A stretch of 24,000 nucleotides of DNA from Desulfatiglandales bacterium (GCA_963662465.1 OY759599.1:786946-810945), one strand, 5' to 3'. Positions 1 to 7,967 are shown, numbered from the stretch's first letter. Program-made: numbers and translations. Notes: a model not told the origin generated them from the sequence alone.

Positions 1-1
1 C

Positions 2-1735
2 AACCATCCCGTTGCCTATGCGACCATCTCCCGTAACATAGAGAAAGATCTAGGACTTTCGGCACACACCATCGAACCATCAAACCTGGGCCGGGTGGAT
101 ACCTTCCCCTTCGAAGAAAAGGCGCTTCTCAAATGGGCGGGGATACTCATTTTGAAAGGGGAATACCGGCAGGCCCTGACGCTCATCTCAGAACGCCGAC
201 GAAGCTTCTGGGCGGATCGAACACTTGAGCGGCAATCCCAGTGGACCGCCTGCCGACTCATGGCCCGGCTGGGGGAGCGCATCCAAACGGCCCGAAAGGG
301 GCTTTTAAAAACCGGCCATGCGCCTCCCCAATGGATTGATGCCTACTGCAACCCGGAGGGATGGCACAGGGTGGACCTGGCTCAGCAGCAGATGGAGGCA
401 TGGACCGCTAAAATGACCGTGGACCCGGAGGCCGAAACGGCCCTTGAAAAGGTTCGGCAGACCTATGAGGATCTGCTTCAGGATATGGCCGTGGGGTTCA
501 TGGAGGCCCTGGAGCGTTCGGGATGGATCGTAGCGGATCTGCTTCAGCAGACGGACGTACACCCAAAGATGGTGGATGGGGAAAAGACGCCTGTGGCCTA
601 TTTTCTGGTAGATGCCATGCGGTTTGCCATGGCCCATGAATTTGTGAAAATGCTCCCCATGGCAAGCGATGTGACGGTGAAACCGGCCGTAGCCGCCTGG
701 CCTACGATCACCCCAGTCGGCATGGCCGCCTTGCTGCCTGGGGCTTCAGCGGGATTTAGCGTGGTGGAATCGGGCGGGAAGCTGGCGGCTCGAATCGATA
801 ACACGGCATTACCGGATGTCAGCGCCCGGTTGAAATTTTTGAAAGCCCGGGTTCCCGGCATGAAGGAAATGCTCCTTGAAAAACTGCTGCAGATGTCCGG
901 CAAAAGGCTTACAGGTGCTGTGTCCGGGGTTCCTCTGTTGGTGGTTCGTTCCCAGGAAATTGATGCCCTGGGGGAGATGACGGGCGGGCTCATCGCCCGG
1001 CAGGTCATGGACACCATGGTGGGAAATGTAGTTCGTGCGGTTCGAAAACTGGCCGATTGCGGCATCACCCGGTTCGTGGTCACCGCGGACCATGGTCATT
1101 TGTTTACCCGGAAAAAAGAGGACGCCTTCAAGACGGATTCACCGGGTGGAAAAACCCTGGAAATCCATCGCCGTTGCTGGATCGGGCAGGGTGGCAGCAC
1201 ACCGGTCGGAACCATTCGGCTTTCCGCATCCCAATTGGGTTACGACAGCGACCTGGAATTCGTTTTTCCCAGGGGGATCGGCGTATTTAAAAGCGGAGGC
1301 GACCTGGGATATCACCATGGGGGCCTGAGTCTGCAGGAAATGATTATTCCGGTCATCAGCTTTCGCATGAAACGGGAAAAGCGCATGATGGAACCGGGAA
1401 GCATCGTTTTACTTTCGGACGTTCCTGAAAAGCTGGCCAATCGAACATTCGGCATCAAGCTGGAAATGGGGGGACTTTTCAACCAAAGCCCCCTCAAGGT
1501 TCGGCCCATACTCCTGAGCCGGGATGTGATCGTGGGAAAAGCCGGCATGGCCCTGGATGGGGATTTTGAACAGGATAGCGGTTGCGTAATTCTTCAACCC
1601 GGAAAGAAGGCCGGCGTGGGCATGCTTCTTGAAAATGAAGACTGTAAAACGATCCGGGTGATGATCCAGGATCCGGCAACGGATGCTGTACTGGCCCAAT
1701 CCGATGATATCCCCGTTAACTTAGGAACCCAATAA
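2..1735 (+). CDS. pglZ: BREX alkaline-phosphatase-superfamily protein PglZ (5'-partial; the reading frame is open to the left window edge)
   Basis: The frame of the 95..1735 ORF has no stop back to nt 2, and the track's M at 95 is an internal GTG. PglZ-like motifs are present: YFLVDAMRF, PTITPVGMAALLPG, SQEIDALGE and the metal-site VVTADHGHLF. It sits directly upstream of a brxL-type gene with a TAATG stop/start overlap, which is the type I BREX gene order. Confidence 0.85.
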   Translation, partial: NHPVAYATISRNIEKDLGLSAHTIEPSNLGRVDTFPFEEKALLKWAGILILKGEYRQALTLISERRRSFWADRTLERQSQWTACRLMARLGERIQTARKGLLKTGHAPPQWIDAYCNPEGWHRVDLAQQQMEAWTAKMTVDPEAETALEKVRQTYEDLLQDMAVGFMEALERSGWIVADLLQQTDVHPKMVDGEKTPVAYFLVDAMRFAMAHEFVKMLPMASDVTVKPAVAAWPTITPVGMAALLPGASAGFSVVESGGKLAARIDNTALPDVSARLKFLKARVPGMKEMLLEKLLQMSGKRLTGAVSGVPLLVVRSQEIDALGEMTGGLIARQVMDTMVGNVVRAVRKLADCGITRFVVTADHGHLFTRKKEDAFKTDSPGGKTLEIHRRCWIGQGGSTPVGTIRLSASQLGYDSDLEFVFPRGIGVFKSGGDLGYHHGGLSLQEMIIPVISFRMKREKRMMEPGSIVLLSDVPEKLANRTFGIKLEMGGLFNQSPLKVRPILLSRDVIVGKAGMALDGDFEQDSGCVILQPGKKAGVGMLLENEDCKTIRVMIQDPATDAVLAQSDDIPVNLGTQ

Positions 1736-3783
1736 TGGAAGAAAAATATACTCAGATCCCGGAGCGGGACGCGCTGGACGATAAGATTAACCGCGTCTTT
1801 TCCGGACGGGTGGTGCGAAAGGATCTGGTCAGAAAAGTGAAGGTGGGCGCCAATGTCCCGGTATTTGTGCTGGAATTCCTGTTGGGCAAATACTGTGCGT
1901 CATCGGATGAAATGGCCATTCAGATGGGCCTTCAGGTGGTCAATAAAACTTTGGCGGAAAACTACATCGGTCCGGACGAGTCCACTCGGGCAAAGAGCCT
2001 GGTGAAGGAGGAAAACACCCACACCTTTATCGACAAGGTCAAGGTGCGCCTGGTGGATTCCGACTACTGGGCCGAAGTGGTCAATTTCGGGGACCGGTTT
2101 GTGCATGTCCCCTCCCACTACGTGCGGGAATATGACCGACTGCTCATGGGCGGCGTCTGGTCTCAGGTGGACCTGCGGTTTGATTACGACGAAGAGAGCC
2201 GGGGGAAACACCCTTTCTGGATTGACAAGCTGGCCCCTATCCAGATCGCCACCTTTGACATCAATGACTATTGCAGCTTGCGGACGGAATTTACTTCCGA
2301 AGAATGGGTGGATTTGCTGGTGCGGAGCATGGGCTATGAAGCTGGGGAAATGGACCGGCGATTGAAGCTGCATTTTCTCATTCGCCTTCTTCCCCTCTGT
2401 GAACGCAATTACAACCTGGTAGAGCTGGGACCCCGGGGAACCGGTAAGAGCTTCGTTATTCAGGAAATTTCTCCCTACTGCGCCCTGTTGACCGGCCCTA
2501 CCACCGTGGCCAATATGTTTGGGCACATGAGCGGTCGGCACAAGGGAATGGTTTCCATCTGGGACGTGGTGGGCTTTGACGAGGTAGCCGATCTTCAGAA
2601 GATGCCCAAAGAAGTCATCACAACCCTCAAAACCTACTGCGAATCGGGCACCTTCCAGCGGGGCAAGGACGCGGATTCAGGGAATGCCGGCATCGTCATG
2701 TTCGGAAACACCAACCAGCCCATCGACGTCATGGTGCAAACAGGCCATCTCTTCGCTCCCATGCCGGATGTGATCCGGGACGACATGGCCTTTATCGACC
2801 GCATCCATTTCTACCTGCCCGGCTGGGAAATTCCAAAAATGCGGGTGGAGCTGTTCACCCGACATTACGGCTTTGTGGTGGATTATCTGGCTGAGGCCTT
2901 AAGGGCTTTGCGCAAACATAACTTCACCGAGGTTATCGACCAGCATTTCAGCCTTGGTTCCCACTTAAATGCCCGGGACCGGAAGGCCGTTAGAAAGACA
3001 GTATCGGGCCTCATGAAGATCCTCTACCCTAACGGCGAGGCGACCTCTGACGAGCTGAAGGAAATCACGGAACTGGCCCTTGAAGGCCGCCGAAGAGTTA
3101 AAGAACAGCTCAAGAAGATGGGCTCCTTTGAATATTATCACACCTCCTTCAGCTACATGGAAAAGGAGACCGGCGAAGAACACTTTGTGGGCACGCCCGA
3201 AATGGGCGGTCGGGGCCTCATTTCATCAGACCCCCTGGCCCCGGGAACCGTTTACAGCGCCACCGTCAACGCCGAAGGCACGGTGGGCATGTACCGCATC
3301 GAGGTGAGTGTATCGCCGGGGACCGGGAAGCTCAAAACTGCGGGTGGAGTTTCCGGGATTACCAAGGAATCCATCCAGCGTGCCTTTGGCTACCTGGCCG
3401 CCACCAAAGGTGAGCTGGGTCTGGCCCGTGAAGTAGACAATTCCGATTTTCATGTGGAGGTCTTGGATCTCTTGAACAACAAGGTTCAGGGAGAACTGGG
3501 GGTGGCCTTTTTCGTGGCCGTTTTTTCCGCCATCCGCAAGAGTCCCGCAACACCGGCAACCCTGATTATCGGCGACATGAGCATCCAGGGCAACATCAAG
3601 CCTGCCCGCTCCCTGGTGGAACCCCTTCAGGTGGCCAAAGACAACGGCGCCAAACGCGCGCTCATTCCCATCGAAAACAAACGCAACTTCCTGGATGTGG
3701 ATGCCGACATCATGGAACACGTGGACCCGGTCTTTTATGGGGAACCGAGGGCGGCGGCTTTGAAAGCCCTGGCGTTGAGTTAA
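1735..3783 (+). CDS. brxL: BREX Lon-like protease/ATPase BrxL
   Basis: 682 aa, the typical BrxL size. The N-terminus (VFSGRVVRKDLVRKVKVGANVPVFVLEFLLGKYCAS) matches the BrxL family signature. Walker A is GPRGTGKS. The C-terminal Lon-protease-like lobe reads IIGDMSIQGNIKPARSLVEPLQVAKDNGAKRALIPIENK. Its ATG shares one nt with the pglZ TAA stop. Confidence 0.9.
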   Translation: MEEKYTQIPERDALDDKINRVFSGRVVRKDLVRKVKVGANVPVFVLEFLLGKYCASSDEMAIQMGLQVVNKTLAENYIGPDESTRAKSLVKEENTHTFIDKVKVRLVDSDYWAEVVNFGDRFVHVPSHYVREYDRLLMGGVWSQVDLRFDYDEESRGKHPFWIDKLAPIQIATFDINDYCSLRTEFTSEEWVDLLVRSMGYEAGEMDRRLKLHFLIRLLPLCERNYNLVELGPRGTGKSFVIQEISPYCALLTGPTTVANMFGHMSGRHKGMVSIWDVVGFDEVADLQKMPKEVITTLKTYCESGTFQRGKDADSGNAGIVMFGNTNQPIDVMVQTGHLFAPMPDVIRDDMAFIDRIHFYLPGWEIPKMRVELFTRHYGFVVDYLAEALRALRKHNFTEVIDQHFSLGSHLNARDRKAVRKTVSGLMKILYPNGEATSDELKEITELALEGRRRVKEQLKKMGSFEYYHTSFSYMEKETGEEHFVGTPEMGGRGLISSDPLAPGTVYSATVNAEGTVGMYRIEVSVSPGTGKLKTAGGVSGITKESIQRAFGYLAATKGELGLAREVDNSDFHVEVLDLLNNKVQGELGVAFFVAVFSAIRKSPATPATLIIGDMSIQGNIKPARSLVEPLQVAKDNGAKRALIPIENKRNFLDVDADIMEHVDPVFYGEPRAAALKALALS

Positions 3784-3995
3784 TAGGGGCATTATTCTTA
3801 AAAAACGACCCGGCTTTAAAAACTGGAGAAGTGATGCACGTTTTATCGAAGGACGTCATGCCAAGAGCGTAACGCCCTTTTTTTGATTGTTTCAAAGGGT
3901 GAATTGGCGTAACCTGAGAACTGTTGAAACATGAAAGATGTGAGACTTGGACTTACAGACCTCCCGGAAAACAGTTCGGAATTCCATGATGTGTT

Positions 3996-4271
3996 ATGAC
4001 TGAAATTCTCAGCATGAAAACCGTCTTTGTTTTTCCCAGCCTCATCGCTTTGATGCTGTTCGTCTGCATGCTTTATGTGTACCGAAAGGGCAGAACATAT
4101 CAGGGTTTCAGGCATTGGGCCCTTGCGTCCTTGTTGTATGCGCTTGGCAGCTGTCTGATTTTATTGCGGAATATTGCCTCCGATCTGGTCAGCATCATAG
4201 CGGCCAATATTCTGCTGATCGCCTCCATGTTGATAATCTCCCAGCGGGCTTGTCGAAATTACGCCAAATAA
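3996..4271 (+). pseudogene. Orphan 91-aa ORF with three predicted TM helices; possibly the 5' remnant of a membrane sensor gene
   Basis: Hydrophobic segments are VFVFPSLIALMLFVCMLYVY, WALASLLYALGSCLILL and LVSIIAANILLIASMLIIS. The pattern GF..W...........G..L..LRNI......I...N.LL resembles N-termini of longer membrane GGDEF/kinase sensors, from memory only. There is no Shine-Dalgarno sequence before either candidate ATG, and the ORF stops right after TM3 in an AT-rich stretch. Confidence 0.3.
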
Positions 4272-4291
4272 ATGCTTCATCCAGAATCATC

Positions 4292-4344
4292 TTCATGTTA
4301 TAAACTTGAATTTGAGTTTCATGTGTTATCGTTGTATTCATGTG
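4292..4344 (+). promoter_or_regulatory. Three direct copies of TTCATGT(G) upstream of the AbiEii-type operon; candidate operator or promoter iterons
   Basis: TTCATGT occurs at 4292-4298, 4318-4324 and 4337-4343, and the last two extend to TTCATGTG. All lie within 80 nt upstream of the SD and ATG at 4368. Confidence 0.3.
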
Positions 4345-4367
4345 AACAAACTAAGGGAGGGATAAAT

Positions 4368-4685
4368 ATGGAAAATCCCAGAACGCGAAGTGCCCGAACG
4401 GTTTTGCGAGAATGTTTCTGGGGAGATTATCAATTAACCGCCGAAGAACTGCTCCACAGGCTGGATAAAAATGATGTTGGATTTGACCGTTTCGTGTTTT
4501 CCAAGATTGTGGAAAACAGCGATTATCCTTCTCGGCATATTCGTGTACTGTTTCATCCGGACAAATGGCAAAAACTGCTGGATCGTTACATGAAAGCAGG
4601 CGGAAATTCAAAAAGACTTCGCCTCGTGGCAGCCAACATGACGGGAGACTACGATCTGGCAAAGGAATATGCATGGGGAATTTAG
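4368..4685 (+). CDS. Small (105 aa) partner protein of the AbiEii-type toxin; putative antitoxin, not a canonical AbiEi
   Basis: A strong SD (AAGGGAGGG) lies 7 nt upstream of the ATG at 4368, so the track's 4272 start is an unsupported extension. The 3' end overlaps the downstream toxin start by 13 nt. No wHTH is recognisable by eye. The CFWGDYQLTAEELLHRL segment resembles short FW-D-x-D partner proteins seen next to DUF1814 genes (recollection, unverified). Confidence 0.6.
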   Translation: MENPRTRSARTVLRECFWGDYQLTAEELLHRLDKNDVGFDRFVFSKIVENSDYPSRHIRVLFHPDKWQKLLDRYMKAGGNSKRLRLVAANMTGDYDLAKEYAWGI

Positions 4686-5314
4686 ACTACCGTATGTTGT
4701 ACCGCATTCAGGATCGGGTGCTAAAAATTGTTTCAAGTGCTGATACCCACTTTTACCTCACTGGAGGCACTTGTTTGAATCGGTTTTATTTTGAAAAGCG
4801 GCACTCCGCGGACTTGGATTTTTTCTCCAACGAGAGCAACCTGTTTCGAGAAGATGTTCGAATGCTGCTGGATGTGTTCAATGCAAACGATTCTAAATAT
4901 GAGGTCTTGGTCGATGCCCGGGATTTTGTAAGGCTTTTGATGTCATCTGTACTCAAAGTCGATGTGGTCAACGACAGGGTTTACCGTTTCGGCAGAAATA
5001 TCAGAACTCCTGACGGTCTCATCTTGGACAACACCCTGAATATTGCCGCAAACAAGATATGCGCAGTTCTGGGGCGGGACGAACCCAAGGATGTGTTTGA
5101 CCTGTATACCTTGTTTTGTCACGCAGGGTTGGACTGGGACAATGTCCTTGCCGTGTCGAGAAGAAAATGCGCTTTTGAAACGGAAGTTCTCGAATACCGG
5201 CTGAGGTCATTTCCCATCCACCTGGTGGATTTTCTGCCGGTTCTGTCACCATCGTTCCTGAGGGATTTTAAGGCAGGCTATGGTGGAATGGTGGCGGCTA
5301 TTTGTGCTGTTTAG
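4673..5314 (+). CDS. Nucleotidyltransferase toxin, AbiEii/AbiGii (DUF1814, MenT-like) family
   Basis: 213 aa from the ATG at 4673 (MGNLDYRMLY). The family motifs appear intact: FYLTGGTCLN (hGGT), RHSADLDFF (S-x-D-h-D catalytic aspartates) and KICAVLGRDEPKDVFDLYTL (K...R...KDxxDL). It is translationally coupled to the upstream small gene. Confidence 0.85.
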   Translation: MGNLDYRMLYRIQDRVLKIVSSADTHFYLTGGTCLNRFYFEKRHSADLDFFSNESNLFREDVRMLLDVFNANDSKYEVLVDARDFVRLLMSSVLKVDVVNDRVYRFGRNIRTPDGLILDNTLNIAANKICAVLGRDEPKDVFDLYTLFCHAGLDWDNVLAVSRRKCAFETEVLEYRLRSFPIHLVDFLPVLSPSFLRDFKAGYGGMVAAICAV

Positions 5315-5437
5315 CGGGTGAGCGGCTCAGCATCCATTCTCTTGACCGCCCCGACTTGCCAGGTGATTGATCACAACCGTTTTGAACCCATTTTTTTTGC
5401 GTTGGTTCGCTTTAAGCCAATTTAAAGGAGCTCGATT

Positions 5438-6409
5438 ATGGCAAAACCGAAGTGTAAAATTTGTAATGATAAACGCGCCAAAAGAAAATGTTCGGTATAC
5501 AATGATCAATTCATCTGCCCTTCATGCTGTGCTGATTTGCGCAACGAGGCATGTGAAGGGTGTCGTTATTACCAGGCCGCAGTCAGATATGAAGGATCGA
5601 AAACAGAAGCCAAAACGAAGAAAAAGTTCATCATGGAAATCAATGAGGAGGTTGAAGACGCTGTTGACGGCGCCATGAAATGGGTGGGGGAAGGGAATTT
5701 CAAAAAAGCACGCGGCATACTCCATGATCTCGATAAACAGCACCCCGGGAATCATTTAGTCATGTATGGGTTTGGAACGGCGTGCGCTCTCGAAGACAAT
5801 CTTGAAGATGCCATAGAATATTTTAATAAAGCCATTGAGATTTTTCCCTATTTTGCTCATGCCTATTACAATCTGGGCGCCGCCTATCAAAAGAAATACG
5901 ATCTGCGAAAATCCGTTGATTGTATGCAGCGGGTCATTGACATCGGAGGAGATGATGAATTGGTTCAGAAGGCACGGGATTTAATCCGATTTCTTGAAAA
6001 AATGGTCATGAAAAACTCCAAAATCAGTCTGGATGAATATTTGAAAGCCCAGGATTTGTTTGAAGCCGCATTTTCCCATATGGAGAAGGGCCGATGGGAA
6101 CGGGCTATTCCAGAATTCCGGAAATGTATTAAAATCAATCCGGATCATGCGCAGAGCTATGGGAATATGGGCCTTTGCCATGCCCAATTGGGTGAGAAAT
6201 CAAAAGCATTGGCCGCTTTCGACGAGGCATTGAAAATTGACCCCGAATATGAACCGGCGATTGTCAACAAGACCCATGTAGAAAAAATGCGGGATGGTGA
6301 GCCTTCGACCATTCTGCCAATGGAATCCATCGAGTATTATCGGGAGTATCCCCACAGGAAGAAGAGTTATATTCAATCTCTTTTGAACAAAGCTGAGGAG
6401 GATTCATAG
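5438..6409 (+). CDS. Cys-rich (putative double zinc-ribbon) N-terminal domain plus TPR-repeat protein
   Basis: An AAGGAG SD lies 8 nt upstream. The N-terminus has eight cysteines in about 40 aa (CKIC-x8-C-x8-CPSCC-x7-CEGC). Several TPR-like units follow (AIEYFNKAIEIFPYFAHAYYNLGAAY; AIPEFRKCIKINPDHAQSYGNMGLCH; ALAAFDEALKIDPEYEPA). Composition is AT-richer than the flanking operons. Confidence 0.8.
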   Translation: MAKPKCKICNDKRAKRKCSVYNDQFICPSCCADLRNEACEGCRYYQAAVRYEGSKTEAKTKKKFIMEINEEVEDAVDGAMKWVGEGNFKKARGILHDLDKQHPGNHLVMYGFGTACALEDNLEDAIEYFNKAIEIFPYFAHAYYNLGAAYQKKYDLRKSVDCMQRVIDIGGDDELVQKARDLIRFLEKMVMKNSKISLDEYLKAQDLFEAAFSHMEKGRWERAIPEFRKCIKINPDHAQSYGNMGLCHAQLGEKSKALAAFDEALKIDPEYEPAIVNKTHVEKMRDGEPSTILPMESIEYYREYPHRKKSYIQSLLNKAEEDS

Positions 6410-6437
6410 AAGGGCGTTGCTCTTTTGAAAACACCCG

Positions 6438-7532
6438 CTACCTGAAATACTGCTTCAATTTCTCAAGATCGTTTCCCACTTCGGCCAGGGCCAGCATCAA
6501 CAACAGACGCGCTTTGGTTCCCATGAGGTCTCCGGCCAAAATGGCGCCCTTTTCCGCCAGCATGCCGCCGCCTCCCTTGTCGCCGTAGGCCGGTTCCACC
6601 GAGCCGTAATAAACCCGGGTGGATATAATCACCGGAATGTTTTTTGAAAGGGCGTACAGAATGGCGTCACAGGTATCCGCATTGACATTGCCCGCGCCCA
6701 GGGCGTCAATGACCAGGCCTTTGGCCCCTTTATCCACGGCGTAACGGATGAGATCCCCATGGTCCCCGGCGAAGGTACTCAGGAACGGTACAGGGGGAAG
6801 CGTTGCGGGAAGGGGCAATTTTATTCCGTGAACCCTGTTGTTGAATCGCGTGACCTTGCCGTTATACACGTAGCCCAGATACCCCTTTTCACCGGATTGA
6901 AAGGTCTGCACATTGGTGGTCTGGGTTTTTCTCACCGCTCTTGCCCCATTGATGTAGGAATTGAGGGTTACGGTAACGCCCATTCCCTGCCCCTCCTTTG
7001 ACGAAGCCTGCACAACGGCGTTCAGGATATTGCCGGGCCCGTCCGAACAGGGGGCGGAGGCATCTTTCATGGCCCCGGTAAACACCACCGGCTTGTCGCT
7101 GTGAACGGTCAATGACAGGAAGTACGCCCCTTCGGCCATGGTGTCCGTTCCATGGGTGATCACCACGCCGGCGATATCGGGTCTTTTGATGATGTCGTTC
7201 ACTTTTCTGCTGAGTTTCAGCCAGATCTCCGGTGTCATCTGTGAGCTGTCAATGTTCATGAAATTCAAAACACCGATGTTGGCAATCTTGTCTAAACCGG
7301 GTACGGCGTTTACCAGTTCATCTCCGGTAAGTGTCGGGACAGACTTGCCGGACTTGGGATCCTTCTTTTCAGCGATGGTTCCGCCGGTGGTGACGATGGC
7401 CACATTCGGCAGTTTCGGATCGGTGACGTGGATCTTGAGATCCGAAGATTCTGCTGCCCCTGAGAAATGTGGAAAAAAGGACGATAACAAGAGTACGATG
7501 ATGAATGTGGAAAAAAGTCTTACGGGCTTCAT
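6438..7532 (-). CDS. ansB: Secreted type II L-asparaginase
   Basis: The signal peptide is MKPVRLFSTFIIVLLLSSFFPHFSGAAES. Catalytic motifs are IVTTGGTIAEK and VITHGTDTMAEGAYFL. The C-terminus has GTKARLLLMLAL. By eye it is colinear with my recollection of E. coli AnsB over essentially its full length. Confidence 0.9.
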   Translation of the reverse strand: MKPVRLFSTFIIVLLLSSFFPHFSGAAESSDLKIHVTDPKLPNVAIVTTGGTIAEKKDPKSGKSVPTLTGDELVNAVPGLDKIANIGVLNFMNIDSSQMTPEIWLKLSRKVNDIIKRPDIAGVVITHGTDTMAEGAYFLSLTVHSDKPVVFTGAMKDASAPCSDGPGNILNAVVQASSKEGQGMGVTVTLNSYINGARAVRKTQTTNVQTFQSGEKGYLGYVYNGKVTRFNNRVHGIKLPLPATLPPVPFLSTFAGDHGDLIRYAVDKGAKGLVIDALGAGNVNADTCDAILYALSKNIPVIISTRVYYGSVEPAYGDKGGGGMLAEKGAILAGDLMGTKARLLLMLALAEVGNDLEKLKQYFR

Positions 7533-7573
7533 AGTGTTCTCCGTTCCATAATGTCTGCAATATTTATGCTTTC

Positions 7574-7591
7574 CGTAAACTACAGTTTACG
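7574..7591. promoter_or_regulatory. Perfect 8-2-8 palindrome CGTAAACT-AC-AGTTTACG in the ansB upstream region
   Basis: Read directly from the sequence. It lies 42-59 nt upstream of the ansB start codon (7532, minus strand), in the divergent intergenic region. Confidence 0.3.
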
Positions 7592-7669
7592 CAAAAATCT
7601 TTGAAAATGTCAAATGGACAAAACACTTACCTTCCGTCGTTTTTCAAGAAGTTTTGCTTGTAAACAATT

Positions 7670-7697
7670 CTGATAAGTAATAATGTTTTACTATCAG
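7670..7697. promoter_or_regulatory. Imperfect inverted repeat CTGATAAGTAA-N7-TTACTATCAG upstream of the AbrB-type antitoxin; candidate autoregulatory operator
   Basis: The arms are complementary except for one extra A in the left arm. It sits 24-51 nt upstream of ATG 7721 and overlaps AT-rich -10-like hexamers (TAATAA, TACTAT). Confidence 0.3.
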
Positions 7698-7720
7698 AAA
7701 ATAAAATGAGGTGCAAATGA

Positions 7721-7966
7721 ATGGAAATAAGAAAAGTCTCAATAAAATCACAGGTAACTTTGCCCAAAGAATTTGCAGGGAAACTGGTTTCAATTGAAAA
7801 CCTTTCTGAAGGGGTTATTCAGATTAAAATGGGCGAATTCATTCCCCATTCCGAGAGAATGTTTCACACGGAAGAATACAGAAAACGCCTGGAAAAGTTT
7901 GACCGATGGATGGATCAACACGAGCCTGAAGAATCAAATTTGGAAGACCTATCGGGAGACAGATGA
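7721..7966 (+). CDS. AbrB/SpoVT (MazE-like) domain antitoxin
   Basis: The N-terminal swapped-hairpin motif is KVSIKSQVTLPKEFAGKL. A GAGGTG SD lies 7 nt upstream. The stop is 1 nt before the downstream toxin ATG. Confidence 0.7.
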   Translation: MEIRKVSIKSQVTLPKEFAGKLVSIENLSEGVIQIKMGEFIPHSERMFHTEEYRKRLEKFDRWMDQHEPEESNLEDLSGDR

Positions 7967-7967
7967 A

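Noticed and set aside
1900-3792. Minus-strand ORFs 1900..2541 (213 aa) and 3226..3792 (188 aa) opposite brxL
   Set aside because: Both are antisense to a full-length BrxL with Walker A and Lon-like motifs. Neither has independent support.
3861-3884. Possible rho-independent terminator after brxL (GCGTAACGC followed by a T7 run)
   Set aside because: The stem is only 3-4 bp with a loop too small to form, so it does not meet normal terminator criteria. Only the T-run is convincing.
3888-3931. 8-bp inverted repeat TGTTTCAA...TTGAAACA with a 28-nt loop in the brxL-downstream spacer, considered as a small structured RNA
   Set aside because: It is a single short stem with no extension and no covariation evidence available. 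It is compatible with chance in AT-rich DNA.
3989-4329. 9-bp direct repeat ATGTGTTAT at 3989-3997 and 4321-4329 flanking the orphan TM ORF, considered as a target-site duplication
   Set aside because: Hundreds of 9-mer coincidences are expected by chance in 24 kb. No terminal inverted repeats or transposase accompany it.
5363-5374. Mini-palindrome GTGAT-TG-ATCAC upstream of the TPR gene
   Set aside because: The arms are only 5 bp and it matches no consensus I can name. It is too short to separate from background.
6412-6436. Hairpin GGGCGTT-N11-AACACCC between the convergent TPR and ansB genes, considered as a bidirectional terminator
   Set aside because: The 7-bp stem has an internal mismatch, the loop is 11 nt, and there are no flanking U-runs. 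It is too weak to call.
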